Source: Proteromonas lacertae | Taxonomy: Eukaryota | Assembly: GCA_002245135.1 (NCBI GenBank) | Contig: NGBS01000305.1 | Coordinates: 62,001-126,000 of the forward strand | Length of the DNA: 64,000 nucleotides | Direction: 5' to 3' | Shown here: one piece after another, positions 1 to 13,303 of the stretch | Numbering within the stretch: position 1 is the first letter of the stretch | Layout: each line of letters starts with the position of its first letter | Program-made: the position numbers and the translations under genes | Notes under the pieces: model-generated | What the model was told of the DNA's origin: nothing | Seen by the model: the letters and a program-made list of their open reading frames with translations, nothing else | Database searches by the model: none

Positions 1-88
1 TGTTAAAATAATAGTTGATAGATTAAATAAAGCAATTGATGAATTATGTATTGCTTCAAATTATATACTTAGGAATAATCCATTTGTC

Positions 89-2799
89 GTGCTTCATCCT
101 AAAGAAAGATTGAATGTTGTCAAATTAGAAAATAAAAGAATAATAAAAATACAAAAAGAGACAAAGGATCATACTCATCCATTTAATGAAGAAGATGATA
201 AAGATATATATGATAGTAATAATTATGAAGCAAATACATCAGCACCAGCAAATTCATCACATAATGTTGTAGTACGTCAATCAGCTCAACCACATGCACA
301 ACAACAACAATCACAAGATAATAATAATGATGATAATGATGATGAAGAAGATGATAATGATTTACCTGATGATCCTTATGAAGATGATCAAGGTAATTTT
401 TTGCCTTTAGAAGATAATTCTATTCATGCACAAACAATTCAAGTATATAGTTCAAATGCAATAAATAAGATTAGAATTTTTATAAATAAGTTACTGAAAA
501 CAAAATTTTGGTATATAACAAATCAGCAAGAAAGAACTACATTTTCAATAGCTGTATTAATATATAATTGTGTAACAGAATTATTTTACTTAAGCAAATA
601 TAGATCACCTAGTTTAAGAGATGGTCATGCATATCCTGAACCTGCTGATTATGATAAAAGAAATATAATGGGTTTACCTTCATCTATTTCTAATGGATAT
701 CGAATGAATTATATAGCAACAATTCAAAAAATATTAGAGTCAAATAATATAAGGGAAGGTCAAAGAGACACAAATCATTATGCAGATGCAATTATGTTTT
801 ATATGAATAAATTAACACAAAAGAAGAAATATATTAGTTCATTTCCACCATTATTGCCAGTAGAAGAAGCATTATCTAGAGATTATAATGGAAGATATCA
901 AGTTACAAATCCTAATAGAGGTAATGTAAATGTAAATTTTAGAAATAATGTTGAACAACAACCAGTTGTTCCACAATTACAATCATCTCAACAGCAACAA
1001 GAAGAAGAAGAATTATCTCCTATATCTTCATCATCATTACAAGATAATCGATCTCAAAATAATAATATAGATGATAATAATGAAGATACATATAATCTTA
1101 GTTATGATGATGACAATATAGCACAACCACCTCCTTTAGTTTCAAGTGATTATAATAATAATTCACCAAGAGAGGTATCACCAGTATATTCACCAGTAAC
1201 ACCACCATTAGCTCCTTATTCTCAACCACCACAACCACCACCATCATCACAACTATCAAATACAGTTCATCATTTTAGATTTGATGGTACAACAAATCAA
1301 GTTCCTTATTCGTCTATTTTGCATATAGGAATAATGGGAATGATGATGAAACTAGTGATACAGATGTTTCTGAAACAGAATGGAATGATGAATATATTTT
1401 CCATTCACTTAAATTAAAATATGATCCAAATAGTAGTAATAATATAAATTATACAAAAATTGCTGATTTAAAACCTCCTACATTTGTTTTATATAGATTT
1501 AATGATGAATCCTAATGTAGTAAATAAACCTAAAAGGAATGTAAGAGCATTTACTCTGAAAGAATTATTACGTTATTATGCAATAGATTTATTTACTAAA
1601 GTAACTTATATATATGATATACAAGGCTATATGAATAATAAATTTAAAAAAGAAAAGATTGTAATAGTAAAAGATAATGTTCATTATGATAATTTTAAAG
1701 AATATGTAAAAAAATTCAATATTCAATTACCAATTAATACACCAGATATATCCATTTAATACATTAGATAAAAAATCACTTATGCTAAGATTATACGGTT
1801 ATGACTATTATAATAATATTTATACTGAATGTCAATTAAGATTCTTTAATAATAATTTAGCTAAAGCTAAAGAAGATTTATATTTGAGATATCCTTTAAT
1901 TAATATAATTAATGATGATGAAGCTATAGAAAGAGAAGTTTTATTTCCTAAACGATATAGAGTAAATTGGAGTGAACAACCTGGTCAATCTGAAGAAGAA
2001 AAAAGAATTATATGTGGAACCTTAAGTATTATTCCCAATTATTATAAAAATGATCAAGAATGGTATATTTTAGATGATTGTCAAACACAAATAAATGATT
2101 ATTTATTAGATATGCCTAATGACGGTATTTATAAATATTATAACTATCCATTTCTATGTAAATTTAATGATAAAGTTGTAGTTGTTATACATAGATCACT
2201 TAAAAAATTCGTATATATTTATAATGAAGTAAGACATCCTGAGCGTGTAACAGATAATGATAATGTATTAGCTCATACTGAATTATATGGTAATGGTAAA
2301 AGAATAAGAGATCATCTGTTACGTAACGGCTATATATATAAAAAAGGCAAATATTTTTAGTTTCAATTTTCCGGTTCAAAATAGCTTAAAAATGTATATT
2401 TTCGATAAAAAGTATAAGTATTTTATTAAAATATGTTCAAAAGAACAATTTTATAATATTCTTGATCAAGTAGATAATTTGCTCTGTGAAGCTAGTAATT
2501 ATCATGATTTTTGGGAATATCAATCAGTTTTTAAGAGAGAAGAAGTTAGAGAGATAGTAAGAAAGGCTTGGAAGAAATTACAAATTTGTAGAACTACGAA
2601 TGATGAAAGACATTTTATAGATTCAAATAGAATTACATCATTAGAAGAAACATATTTACGTTTAGAGGTTAAGATGAAAACAAATGATGCATGGCATTCT
2701 ATAATTGGTTATCATTGGGATAGTGATCAACCTGGCTATATAGAAGAACAGAAGTTTTTAAAAACAAAATCAACATGTATAGATAATAATAATAATTAA
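89..2799 (+). pseudogene. Cluster of intronless hypothetical ORFs (89-1417, 1484-1759, 1782-2360, 2392-2799), apparently frameshifted; part of a virus-like block
   Basis: Co-directional ORFs without introns. Near 1310-1330 protein-like sequence continues in another frame (RNNGNDDETSDTDVSETEWNDEYIFHSLK). No recognisable host domain. Confidence 0.4.
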
Positions 2800-2819
2800 T
2801 ATATATATATATAAAATAA

Positions 2820-3194
2820 TTATATCATCTTAAATTTATTTTGTAATAGTCTTGCTTTAGCTTCACCTTCAATTGTATTAAAATTAGTAGCTTCTTTAAA
2901 TGAATTATTATATTTTATCACTGATATTAAAAATAGAATTGCATGATATAATATCTCTCTTTTATCAGTTGTTTTATTTGTGCTTAATATAACACACCAC
3001 TTATTACAACTTTTATATTTATCTATATATTGTTTTTCATTCCACAAATATACACCTTTAAAATACTTGTTAGTTTTAGGAAAGAATCTCTTTATGATTT
3101 TAATTATATCATGATTTGATATAGCATCTATTTTAATATCATCACTAATATATGAAGTATTACCAGCACTATAATCATTATAGAATAATCTCAT
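2820..3194 (-). CDS. Hypothetical 124-aa protein in the virus-like block
   Basis: ATG-to-stop intronless ORF, divergent from 3275. Confidence 0.4.
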   Translation of the reverse strand: MRLFYNDYSAGNTSYISDDIKIDAISNHDIIKIIKRFFPKTNKYFKGVYLWNEKQYIDKYKSCNKWCVILSTNKTTDKREILYHAILFLISVIKYNNSFKEATNFNTIEGEAKARLLQNKFKMI

Positions 3195-3274
3195 ATTTTT
3201 GATATATTTAAGAATTTAATTAATGATTATTCATTTAAAGAATTCTTAACGTATATATATATTTATATATAACA

Positions 3275-3997
3275 ATGGGTAAATTTAAAGATTGGTTAAA
3301 AAAATCAAAAATTTTATCAAATGCAGCTAAGTTAATACCTTTTGCTGGACCAGCAATTGGTGATAGTATTGAGAATATGGGTTATGGTAGTCGTAGAAGA
3401 AGAACAAGAAGTAGTAGTGTTAGAAGAAGATGTCCTTTAAGAAGAAGAAAAACTAATGGCATATCATTAACTATAAATTGTAGGCAAGTGAAACAAAGAA
3501 GAAATGCAAGAAAAACAAGAAGAGTTAGAACAACTAGAAGATATAGATTTGCTAGTGATGGTAGATTAATTAGATCAGCAGGTTTAGGTAGCTGGATAAA
3601 ATCAGGAATAACAAAAGTTAAAGTTTTTGTGACTTTTGACAAATTTAAAAATGGTATTGAAAAAGCAAAAGAGATTAATAGTGCATTGAGAGAGAAGAAG
3701 TATATAAGCAATATAGCAAGAAAAGCTCGTAATGTTGCTAATACATTAGGTTTTGATAAAGTTGCTGATGTTGCTGATAAAGTATATAATACATCATCTA
3801 AATTTGGTTATGGTAAACGAAGAGTTAGAGGTGGTTTAAGATATAAACAAAATGGTGCTGGTTTAAGAAAACTAATTGCAAGAAGAATGCCAGTTAATAA
3901 TGGTTTAACAAAACCTTGCGGATTTAATAAAAAAGGTATTTATAATCCACAAGTTGATTTAGAAAATATTTTAGCTTATAGTGTTAAACATAAATAA
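3275..3997 (+). CDS. Arg/Lys-rich core/membrane-lytic-like protein of a Polinton-like/adintovirus-like element
   Basis: Two modules of an amphipathic helix ending in GYG followed by an Arg run (ENMGYG-SRRRRTR; SKFGYG-KRRVRGG), plus AGLG and NGAG glycine motifs reminiscent of adenain-type cleavage sites. Confidence 0.5.
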   Translation: MGKFKDWLKKSKILSNAAKLIPFAGPAIGDSIENMGYGSRRRRTRSSSVRRRCPLRRRKTNGISLTINCRQVKQRRNARKTRRVRTTRRYRFASDGRLIRSAGLGSWIKSGITKVKVFVTFDKFKNGIEKAKEINSALREKKYISNIARKARNVANTLGFDKVADVADKVYNTSSKFGYGKRRVRGGLRYKQNGAGLRKLIARRMPVNNGLTKPCGFNKKGIYNPQVDLENILAYSVKHK

Positions 3998-4068
3998 TTA
4001 TAAAAAATTAAAATATATTATTCATTCATAAAATTCTTATATAATTTATATATATATTTATTATAAAA

Positions 4069-4637
4069 ATGAATAGTAATAAAAATCAAAAAGTAAAAAT
4101 TACACGTGATTATTATCATAGTGATTCATCTGATGAAGATGATTATAATACACCATTAGCTCAAGATATGAGTAAGACTGATAGAGAGATTGCAGAATTA
4201 TATATAGATTGAATAAAAGCGAAGATGAATTAGTAAATGATAAATCTGAGTCTAATGAACTTGATGATATTGATAATAATAATTATATACCAACAAGACA
4301 ATCAGTTAAAAAGAATATAAAATTAAGTGAAGAAGCTAGATTGCAAAGAATTAAAAACTTAGAGAAAGCTGGAGCAACAAGAATGAAAAATTTATATGAG
4401 AAAAGAAGGAGAGAAAAAGCATTAGATAATTTGAATATTAAAGAGGTTGCAAAGCATTTAGATGTTGATGAGACATGTACTCTTGATACAATTAAAAAAC
4501 CTGTTAATAAAAAGAAATGTATTAAAGTACCTGGTAGTGATGATCCATTTAGTATAGCTGATAAAAAAGATGGTTTAGAACCAGTTCCAGAAGATGCTAA
4601 GATGCCTGGTGATGATGCAATATTACCAATATATTAA
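4069..4637 (+). pseudogene. Frameshifted hypothetical gene
   Basis: ATG at 4069 reads to a TA microsatellite at ~4200; removing 2 nt joins it to ORF 4209-4637. Confidence 0.45.
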
Positions 4638-4837
4638 TTTATTATAATATTTTTATTATATATTTTCTTAGTGGTTTTAAAAATATGAGTAATAAAAAAT
4701 CAAAAAATAAGTTATCTAAAAAGATGACAAATTTATTAATGAAGAGAATATTATAACGTATTAGACGAAGAGCAAAAGTGAAATAGTTTAATAAACATGT
4801 TAAAAATAATAGTGAAGCAGAATTAATATAGTAGTAT

Positions 4838-7478
4838 ATGAATAGTGTTGAAAGAAATAAAGCAAAAGAAGAAACATATAATGAATATAATCAAAAAGAA
4901 TATTTGCAGGATGTTAATAGAAAGAGGAGTGAAAATATGAATGAAGTTATGGAACATATAACTCGAAATATAGCAAGATTTAGTGATCCAGCAAGACCTG
5001 ATATAGAGGCATCATTAAAGCATAACTTTAATTTATATAAAAATGCAATCAGACAAGGAAAAGCAACTGCAGCAGATGCTGATAAATATTTAGGTCTTGT
5101 AGAGCAATCAATAATACAGTCATTACCATACAATGAGTTACATAATTATGATCGTAAAATAGGTGATCAAATTTATAGACATGATCCTAGATTTATATAT
5201 GTGAGAAGAAGGTGATGGCCAGTGGAGGAGGTGGAGGTGGTGCACCACCACCACCACCACCAGGAGGAGGAGGAGGTGGAGGAGGTGTAGGAGGTGGAGG
5301 TGGAGGAGGAGGTGTAGGAGGTGTAGGAGGTGGAGGTGGAGGTGGAGGAGGTGGTGCACCACCTCCACCTATAGTACCACCATCTAATATACCAGGACCA
5401 GGACCAGGTGGTCCTCCACCAGTACCTGGTGGACGTAGAATTCATTTAGTTCCAGGAGGTGGAGGCCCTCCTGTTAGAGGACCACCTGTAATTAATCCAC
5501 CAATAATAAATCCTCCATCACCTCTTATATAGCCAGTTAATTCTCCAGTCAATTCACCTCGTATTCAGATAAATGATGGTGGAAGATATAATTTTAGAAA
5601 TAGAGATGAAATTAAAAGACCTCATAGATTTGTAAATGAATTTGTAAATTGGAATGGAACAGGTGATAGATATGTATCAGAAAGTGGTGATGCATTACAA
5701 ATTCCAGCTATTGCTAAAAAGAAAAAAAAGAAACAACTTCAAAGACAAATTAATGATAATGTAAATATAGATCAAGTATCTCCACCATCAGTAACAGATA
5801 GCAGTACATCAACTGATACACCTAATAGAAGATTAAGACTAATATTCCCTCCAAGTAAAGAAATGCAACCTTTAGTCGTTTCATTAAACGATATACCTTC
5901 AAGAAATTATATAGATAACGGATCGAATAATTTAATTGTTGATAATAATGATAATTCATTAATTCTTGGCGATCAACTAATATTATAAATTCTAATAATT
6001 ATCGAATTAGATTAATTATGGGAAATAATATAGATATTGAACCAAATGAAAATTTAAATAGGCAAAGAGAAATAGAAAATCAATTACAAAATGAAATACG
6101 TGAGAGAGAAAGACTTCAAAATTTATGTAGTAATTATTTATCTGAGAGAAATGGATTACAAGAAGCAATTAATGATATACAAGGGAGAATGAATCAAGAA
6201 ATTATTGATTTGCAGCAAGAAAGAAATAATTTATTGAATCAGATAAGTATTTTAGAAAATCAAATAAATCAATTACAAGAACAACAAGAAATACCTCCTC
6301 CACCACCTATTATTATTAATCATCCAGCGCAAACAGCTCATAATGATGATGCAGCAAGTCCAATATCTATTACATTAAATGATGAATCAACTAAAACAGT
6401 TAATGAAATAACACAAGACGTAGAAATATCAACAGATGATTCAATACCAGATAAAAGGATTATAAAAAGACCAACTACAAAATATAAAGATATGCTTGTA
6501 TCATATAATGATGCAAAATTTAAAACAAAAAAGAAAAAATACACATAAAGTAATAAAAAATAAAAAACGTAAATCAAATGAAATACCTACTATATCGCTT
6601 AATGATAATAATTATGAAATAGAAGATGATAATGAACAAGAAATAGAAGAAGAACCATCTTCTCCTCCTATAGCACAACATCATGTACAAGTACCACCTT
6701 TAGATATTTCTAATGTACAAGAAACTCAACCAATTCAAGAAGTTTCTCGATCACATACTATACAAAAACATCATATAAATATTGAAGAAAGTGGAAGAAA
6801 TATGTTAAATAATTTTATAAATGTTGCATCTAAAGCATTTGATGTAGTTAAAAATGGTAGTTATAAAACAGCTGAAGTTATTTCTGATAAAATTCATACT
6901 ATAAAAAATGTATCAGAATCGGATAAGAAAGAAAAAGAAATGGAATTATTACAAGAAAAACGTGCAAGAGAAAAACGTGCAAGAGATGAAAGAGCAGCAA
7001 AAAGAGAGAAAATGAAAGAATTAAGATTAAGAGCAATAGAATAGGCTGAAAAACAAAAAACAGAGCGGAGAAGAAAAGTAGCACAAATAAATGAACCACC
7101 TCCACCATTACCAGGAAGAGTATTAAGAAATAAAGATGAAAGACGTAAAAATTCAAAATATTATAACAAAGATTTTATTACTGATGAAAATAAAAAAGTT
7201 AAAACAATACCTAAACCTTATGGTACAATCATTAAAGACAATACTCCACCAGTTAAAGTTACACCACAAGATCAGTATGATGTCTTTAAAAAGAAGGTTG
7301 AATATCAAAATGAATTAGAAAAACAAATTGCTTCATTGAAAAAGGCATATGTGCAAAAGTTAAGAGATGAAAACCCTAATCTCAAGTTTGATGATGATGG
7401 TAATATTGTTGATGTTGATATTGATAATGATATTGATTTCAGTCCAGATGAAAGTATATTTGATGACTTTCTTAAATA
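4838..7478 (+). pseudogene. Long Gly/Pro-rich and coiled-coil gene broken by stops and frameshifts
   Basis: ORFs 4838, 5212 (poly-Gly/Pro), 6018 and 6496 abut or overlap. Protein-like sequence continues past TAG at 5530-5532 and 7042-7044. Confidence 0.45.
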
Positions 7479-7595
7479 AAAAAAAGTAATTAAAATACTT
7501 ACTTCTATTTTGCTTAGTTATACCTTATCTTTATATTAAAAAAGGTAGTCTTTAAAGAATTGAATTATTATTTTTGTTTTTTATTTGGGAAAGAT

Positions 7596-8680
7596 CAGGG
7601 TTGTATAAATCGGTCATGACCGACGGAGAAAACCGATCGGTCGTAGGTCAATAAACAAATGTTGACCGACATCAGGCTGTAGTAACTATTAGTTGACCTC
7701 CTCCTAAACATGTGATATTAATAATATTATCTAACTGTACATATTGAATTCAAGCTCTATATATCATTCTATAAAATACCGAATTAACCGTCCGTCGATG
7801 CGCTTTTTTCTTTCTTCATAATTGAATCTAACCTTACCAATGAGTTATTCTATTGTGTTATATATGTAATATAAAGTATAGAATGATTATAAAAATTTGA
7901 AAGAAAAAATGGCAAACTTTAAGCTTGACATTAATCATTTCTTAAAATTATCATAAATGTATCTAATATAATCTATCATTATATATTCTAGGAGTATAGT
8001 TTTACCAATTGGAGCGGCTCGTGAAGTTATTGCCTTAAAAGAGGCAAATATGCTTGAACATCTTAATTTTAACTTCTACAAAACCTTTTGGTATAATATG
8101 TTAAAGATAAATAGCCTTGATAAATGCATTTGCAGTAAAAAGAAAGAGATTAATTATGCCAAATGAAGTACAAGAATATTTGCAATATGATATTCATTAC
8201 AGCACCTCTGAAACCATTGGAAATATCTGGCTATCATTAAAGTCCAAGTTTCCTAGAGTATACATACTTGCCAATAACAGTTTATACAGTCTAGCAACAT
8301 CTTCAAAGCCAGAAAGAATATTTTCCGAGGCTGGACAAATAAGTAACTTATCCAAATCAAATTTATCATGTGGTTGATTACAAATGAAACTGATGATTAG
8401 TAGAAATAAATAAGAACATAATTATATAAAATACCTAATTATTGTTGAGTATTAAAGTGTAATTCTTTATAAAAAGTTAAAATTATTTAATTGAATTGAA
8501 AATATATGAATCAAGTATTAAAATATATTATAAGATAGTTTTTATGAAAGGAAAATTAGTATATAATGAATTAAAATAGATTTTATAAAATACGGCTTGT
8601 AAGGCTTGACCGACCGACAGTCAAGGCAAAACCAATAGGTTTTGACCTATCTCCGTCGGTAACCGATAAATACAACCCTG
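7596..8680 (+). mobile_element. Non-autonomous hAT DNA transposon
   Basis: Ends CAGGGTTGTAT...ATACAACCCTG; 8-bp TSD GGAAAGAT (7588-7595, 8681-8688); hAT dimerization-domain remnant inside. Confidence 0.93.
8117..8377 (+). pseudogene. hAT transposase C-terminal dimerization-domain fragment
   Basis: WLSLKSKFPRVYILA...ATSSKPERIFSEAG resembles the hATC consensus. Confidence 0.8.
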
Positions 8681-8737
8681 GGAAAGATATATACACACAT
8701 ATTTATCTATTACATTATAAAATATAACATATATAAA

Positions 8738-9616
8738 TTAATTATTTTTCTTCTCATTCATATCTAAACTTATATCATCTAGTGATCTATTTGAATGAAT
8801 TCTTGATACTTTTGGTGATGGTAGAGGCACTGTTCTTGACATAAATGTAGTCATAGGAACTGATGCATTTGGTGTTACTGGTTCATCTAATATTCTTGAT
8901 ATATCTTCTGGGCAATGTCTTCGATATAAATAAACACCTATTTGTTTGATTTTATTTAATAACCATAAACCTAACAAAAATAATACTATATACATCTCAT
9001 TTTTAAGTGAATCAATTGTACTAGATACATCTTTCAATGAATTCATTATAGATGTATTTGATGAATTATTCATTATATATATAAATACACCTAAAACTCT
9101 ATTATATAGTAAGAAAAAACCGAATAAAAACAATGATTCAATATATATATTTAACAATTTTTATAATTGTATTTTATTAAGTTTATGAATATAATGTCTC
9201 ATGCATTTCTTGCATCTATTATTGCTATGTATTTTAAAAGCAGGTTTCATTTTTCTGCATATAAAACATCTTATTGTATTATCTTTACTATATATTTCTT
9301 TACCTAAATATTTACGACTATTATTTAAGAATTTTAATAAGAATTTAAAACACACTTTACATAATGTAATTTCTTTTGATCTATCCTCATTTTTAAAGAA
9401 ACGAGCACAATAACGACATTTAAATTTATCATCACCATCAACAAATATACTTCTAAGTTCATTCATTTTTTTGCTTCTATATATTGACTGATATCATCTC
9501 CTATATTCTTTACATTGATTGCATTGAGATGAAAATTCACCATTATCACTCATAAATTCATTTATAGGTTTAATATGTTTACATCGATTACAATACTTTT
9601 CTTCACTTGAATCCAT
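8738..9616 (-). CDS. Small intronless ORFs: a TM protein (8738-~9073) and Cys-rich zinc-finger-like ORFs (9161-9466, ~9470-9616)
   Basis: Repeated CxxC pairs (CRYC, CKVC, CFIC, CKKC) and one hydrophobic segment; possibly a continuation of the virus-like block. Confidence 0.35.
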
Positions 9617-9700
9617 TTTTCTTTTTCTAAAAAAGAAAATAATGTAAAGAAAATTATAGTGTTGAAAAACACTTGTTATTTTCGTTTATTTTATTGGTTT

Positions 9701-10326
9701 TGTCGCGCGCGATAAAGAAATTTGCGCGATAAAGGAAGTAATTGTTTATATTTAGATCTAATATAATATTATTGTTAATGTCATTACGCTATGCATGAAT
9801 ATATAATCATTTTGTCTTATAACAGTCATATACAATAGTTATGTTCAATTATTCATAAATATTCACTTCATATCCATCTTAATTATTTCTATCATTTAAC
9901 ATTATTTTTATTGCATATATCACTGAAAGAAATTGAAATAAACAATTCTTTGATGAAAAGATTAAACAAAATCGATGTTACGATGGTTTGAAATAAAAAA
10001 TAAAATATTGGCTTGAAGAAGGCTTGAGCATATTTTCTTTTTTCTTTAATATTTTTTTAAAGGGTACTATATATATATCAATATGTTAATAAGACATATA
10101 TATTAATATATTCTAGCGATTTAACCAATAAAATAATTACAAAGATTAATAATAGATGATATAAATCTTATTGAAAATTTGATGACAATTTCAACATATG
10201 TAATTTATTAGACAAAATAATGTTATATTTATATTTACTCGGCCTTCCAAATAAGTATTAACATATTCACTTTAATGGAAACTTATTACTTCCTTTATCG
10301 CGCAAATTTCTTTATCGCGCGCGACA
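9701..10326. mobile_element. MITE, TGT...ACA type (family B), 626 bp
   Basis: 42-bp perfect TIR TGTCGCGCGCGATAAAGAAATTTGCGCGATAAAGGAAGTAAT; 5-bp TSD GGTTT (9696-9700, 10327-10331). Confidence 0.95.
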
Positions 10327-10722
10327 GGTTTATGTTATTTTTATTTATTTTTAGATAGAAAGAAAACAATTCAATCAATAGTAAAATAGTGTTAATAATA
10401 GTATTACTATAATTTCTAATTAGTTTTATCTTTTAATACCTTCTTATTGATACTCTTTAACAGTTTAGGATTTAATCTGTGTTTCTTCATCATCTTTTCT
10501 TCTAACTCTTGTTTTTTGAACTATGTGTCGTAATAACGCTTTAGATCCACAGCTAGTGATATGTCACAAGCTACTTTGAAATTGAGCTCTTCTCTTTCTG
10601 CCTTGGCTCTTCTTCTACCATCTCTGATCCTTTTACCTACTAAGCTTTCATTACGAAGCTTTTTGATTTCTTCGTAGGTTAAGGTATCAAATGAAGATGG
10701 ACGGTACTGGTGAATAACTATA

Positions 10723-10764
<42 letters not shown>

Positions 10765-11213
10765 TGATTCACGATGTTCATCATCTACTGTTAAATTGAT
10801 TAAATCATTAACATGATCAGGTGGTGTTGTTGGTGAATAACTATATAAATATATATATAAATAACAGGGCTGTATTTATTGGTCATTGACCAATTGACAA
10901 ACCATATTGGTTATTGGTCAATGACCAATCTATAGCTCATATATACTTTTAGTAACCAATCGACAATCCATAATCTTCCACATATCAATTAATACACATA
11001 ACCAAATATTCATCTATTCTTGATGTAAATATCAAAACCAATTTAACCAATTGGTTGATTGATTTATTTTTGCTTTATATTTTGTTTAATTGGATGAAGA
11101 CAATTTACAATAATATATATAATCTAATTAAATAATATAAATGAAAAAATAGCATTTATAACACATAAAATAATCTTTGGCTTGACAAACTATTAAAGAT
11201 TCATTTTATATCT

Positions 11214-13303
11214 TTGTTATGTATATACCATTTTTATTTCTCCATTTTTATAAACTCCATTCTTTGCAGACAGCTCAATTACAATGCACCCAGAAGAAAC
11301 ACATACACAGAGTATTTGGAATTAAAATTTAAAGAAAAGAAAAGTAATTTACAAGCAGAGCTAAATAACCGTAGTGTTAGTATTATGATGGATGGTTGGA
11401 AGAGTCAAGCGTGTGTGCAGTATATAGCAGTAAGTTGTGTATATTTAAATGATGATTTTATACAAAAATTATACACTCTGGCAGTAACTGAAGTCTCAAA
11501 TGAGAAATCAGAGACTATCTCCGATTTGATAATGAAATTAAAAAATGAGTTCAACATAAAAATTACATCTGTGACGAGTGACAATGCGCCAAATATGGTA
11601 AAATCAATAAAAGATATTAAAATCTCGAATGTAAGATGTTTTGTTCATTCAATACAATTGGCGATTAATAATGTTAACTTTACAGATGTAGTTGATGTAT
11701 ATCTCACTTTAGCTAAAGAACTTAGAACCTGTTCAAATAGAAAAGTTATATCAACATCAATTCCATCATATACAGTCACTAGATGGAATTCCATCTATGC
11801 TGTATTATCCAAAATCAGCGAAGTGAAAGAAGAATTGGTTATTTACTATAATAAAATAAGTAAATTAATTACAGATTTTGAAAAATATAAGAGAATGGGA
11901 ATCAAAGCAGAAAAACCAAATGACAGTCTATATAAGTATATTCCTTCAGATTTTATAGTACTGGATGGTATTCTAAAAATGTTATCACCTATAAATAGTT
12001 TAACTATAGAATTAGAATCAAATAATATAACAATTAGCTTAGCCTACCTCAAATTAAAGCAGTTAATCCATGAGATGGACGATATTGAATTACCAGAGGA
12101 TTTGAAAGAATACAATATAGCAATCAGAAACAATTTAATAGAAAGAGTTAATAATATTAACAACGATAGTTTTATACCATTAATGTGTTGTTTATTAGAC
12201 TTGTTGTTCCCCGTATGGCGGAAATCCCCGTATGGCGGAAATCTATATTGCAGAATGATTCAATCAAAACTAATATGATATTCATGATGATCGGAGTTAG
12301 TTATTAACAAATATATAGTTAGTTTGTCATATGACCTACATCTGTGATATACTTATTTATGAACTTCATTATTATCAATATTAAACTAAATTTTGAATAT
12401 TTTCTATTTTAACGTTTCAGTCACTACTACAGTCTAAAATACATTATCTGATATGAATAGAATTCACTATTTTTAATGTTAAGGTAATAAAAAAGGAAAT
12501 TAAAGAGCAGGCTTGAGTGAGGCTTGAACTTATTTTTTCTTTTTTCTTTTTTAACCTCCTTAACATTAAAAATAGTGAATTCTATTCATATCAGATAATG
12601 TATTTTAGACTGTAGTAGTGACTGAAACGTTAAAATAGAAAATATTCAAAATTTAGTTTAATATTGATAATAATGAAGTTCATAAATAAGTATATCACAG
12701 ATGTAGGTCATATGACAAACTAACTATATATTTGTTAATAACTAACTCCGATCATCATGAATATCATATTAGTTTTGATTGAATCATTCTGCAATATAGA
12801 TTTCCGCCATACGGGGATTTCCGCCATACGGGGAACAACAAGACTTACGAACTAAGTCATATATTCAAAATTGTATTTTATTCAGTAATGAAGAATTAAG
12901 ATTGGCAACAACATCATTACAAGTAATATATGATGAAGAGAAAGAAGATAATTATGTACAAATAGATAATAGCGAATTAGACAGTGAAAACGATTTAGAT
13001 TTGTATTTGTCCTGTAAAGGAATCAAGAGGAAAATAGCAGATGTTGATAATGAACTGGAGAGGTTTATGCAATACAACACAGTGAATAGCACAAATAAAA
13101 ATATTTCTGAGTTATGGCTTCTCATACAACACAGATTTCCTAATCTATTCAAAATTTCACAAAAATATTTAGCCTGCCCACCAACTTCCTGTGAGGTTGA
13201 GAGGATATTCTCTCTCACAGGAAGAATTAGTGGTTTTAATCGGTCGTCTTTATCTCCAGAACACCTGGAGATGAAGACGATGATATCAAGAAACTACAAT
13301 TAA
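11214..13303 (+). pseudogene. hAT transposase interrupted by a MITE
   Basis: Motifs MMDGW, TSDNAPNM, RCFVHSIQL, TRWNS and PTSCEVERIFS. Removing the MITE plus one TSD gives in-frame CCLLDLRTK. True N-terminus uncertain. Confidence 0.92.
12202..12840. mobile_element. Foldback MITE (family C), 639 bp with ~283-bp inverted arms
   Basis: TGTTGTTCCCCGTATGGCGG termini; arms 12202-12484 and 12558-12840; 5-bp TSD AGACT. Confidence 0.95.

Noticed and set aside
3382..5445. Antisense ORFs (3382-3711, 4891-5133, 5138-5368, 5173-5445) and similar shadow ORFs elsewhere
   Set aside because: Low-complexity mirror frames of sense-strand coding sequence.
5530..7044. Stop-codon reassignment (TAG/TAA read as sense)
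   Set aside because: Housekeeping genes end in TAA/TAG normally, and in-frame stops co-occur with frameshifts in decayed regions.
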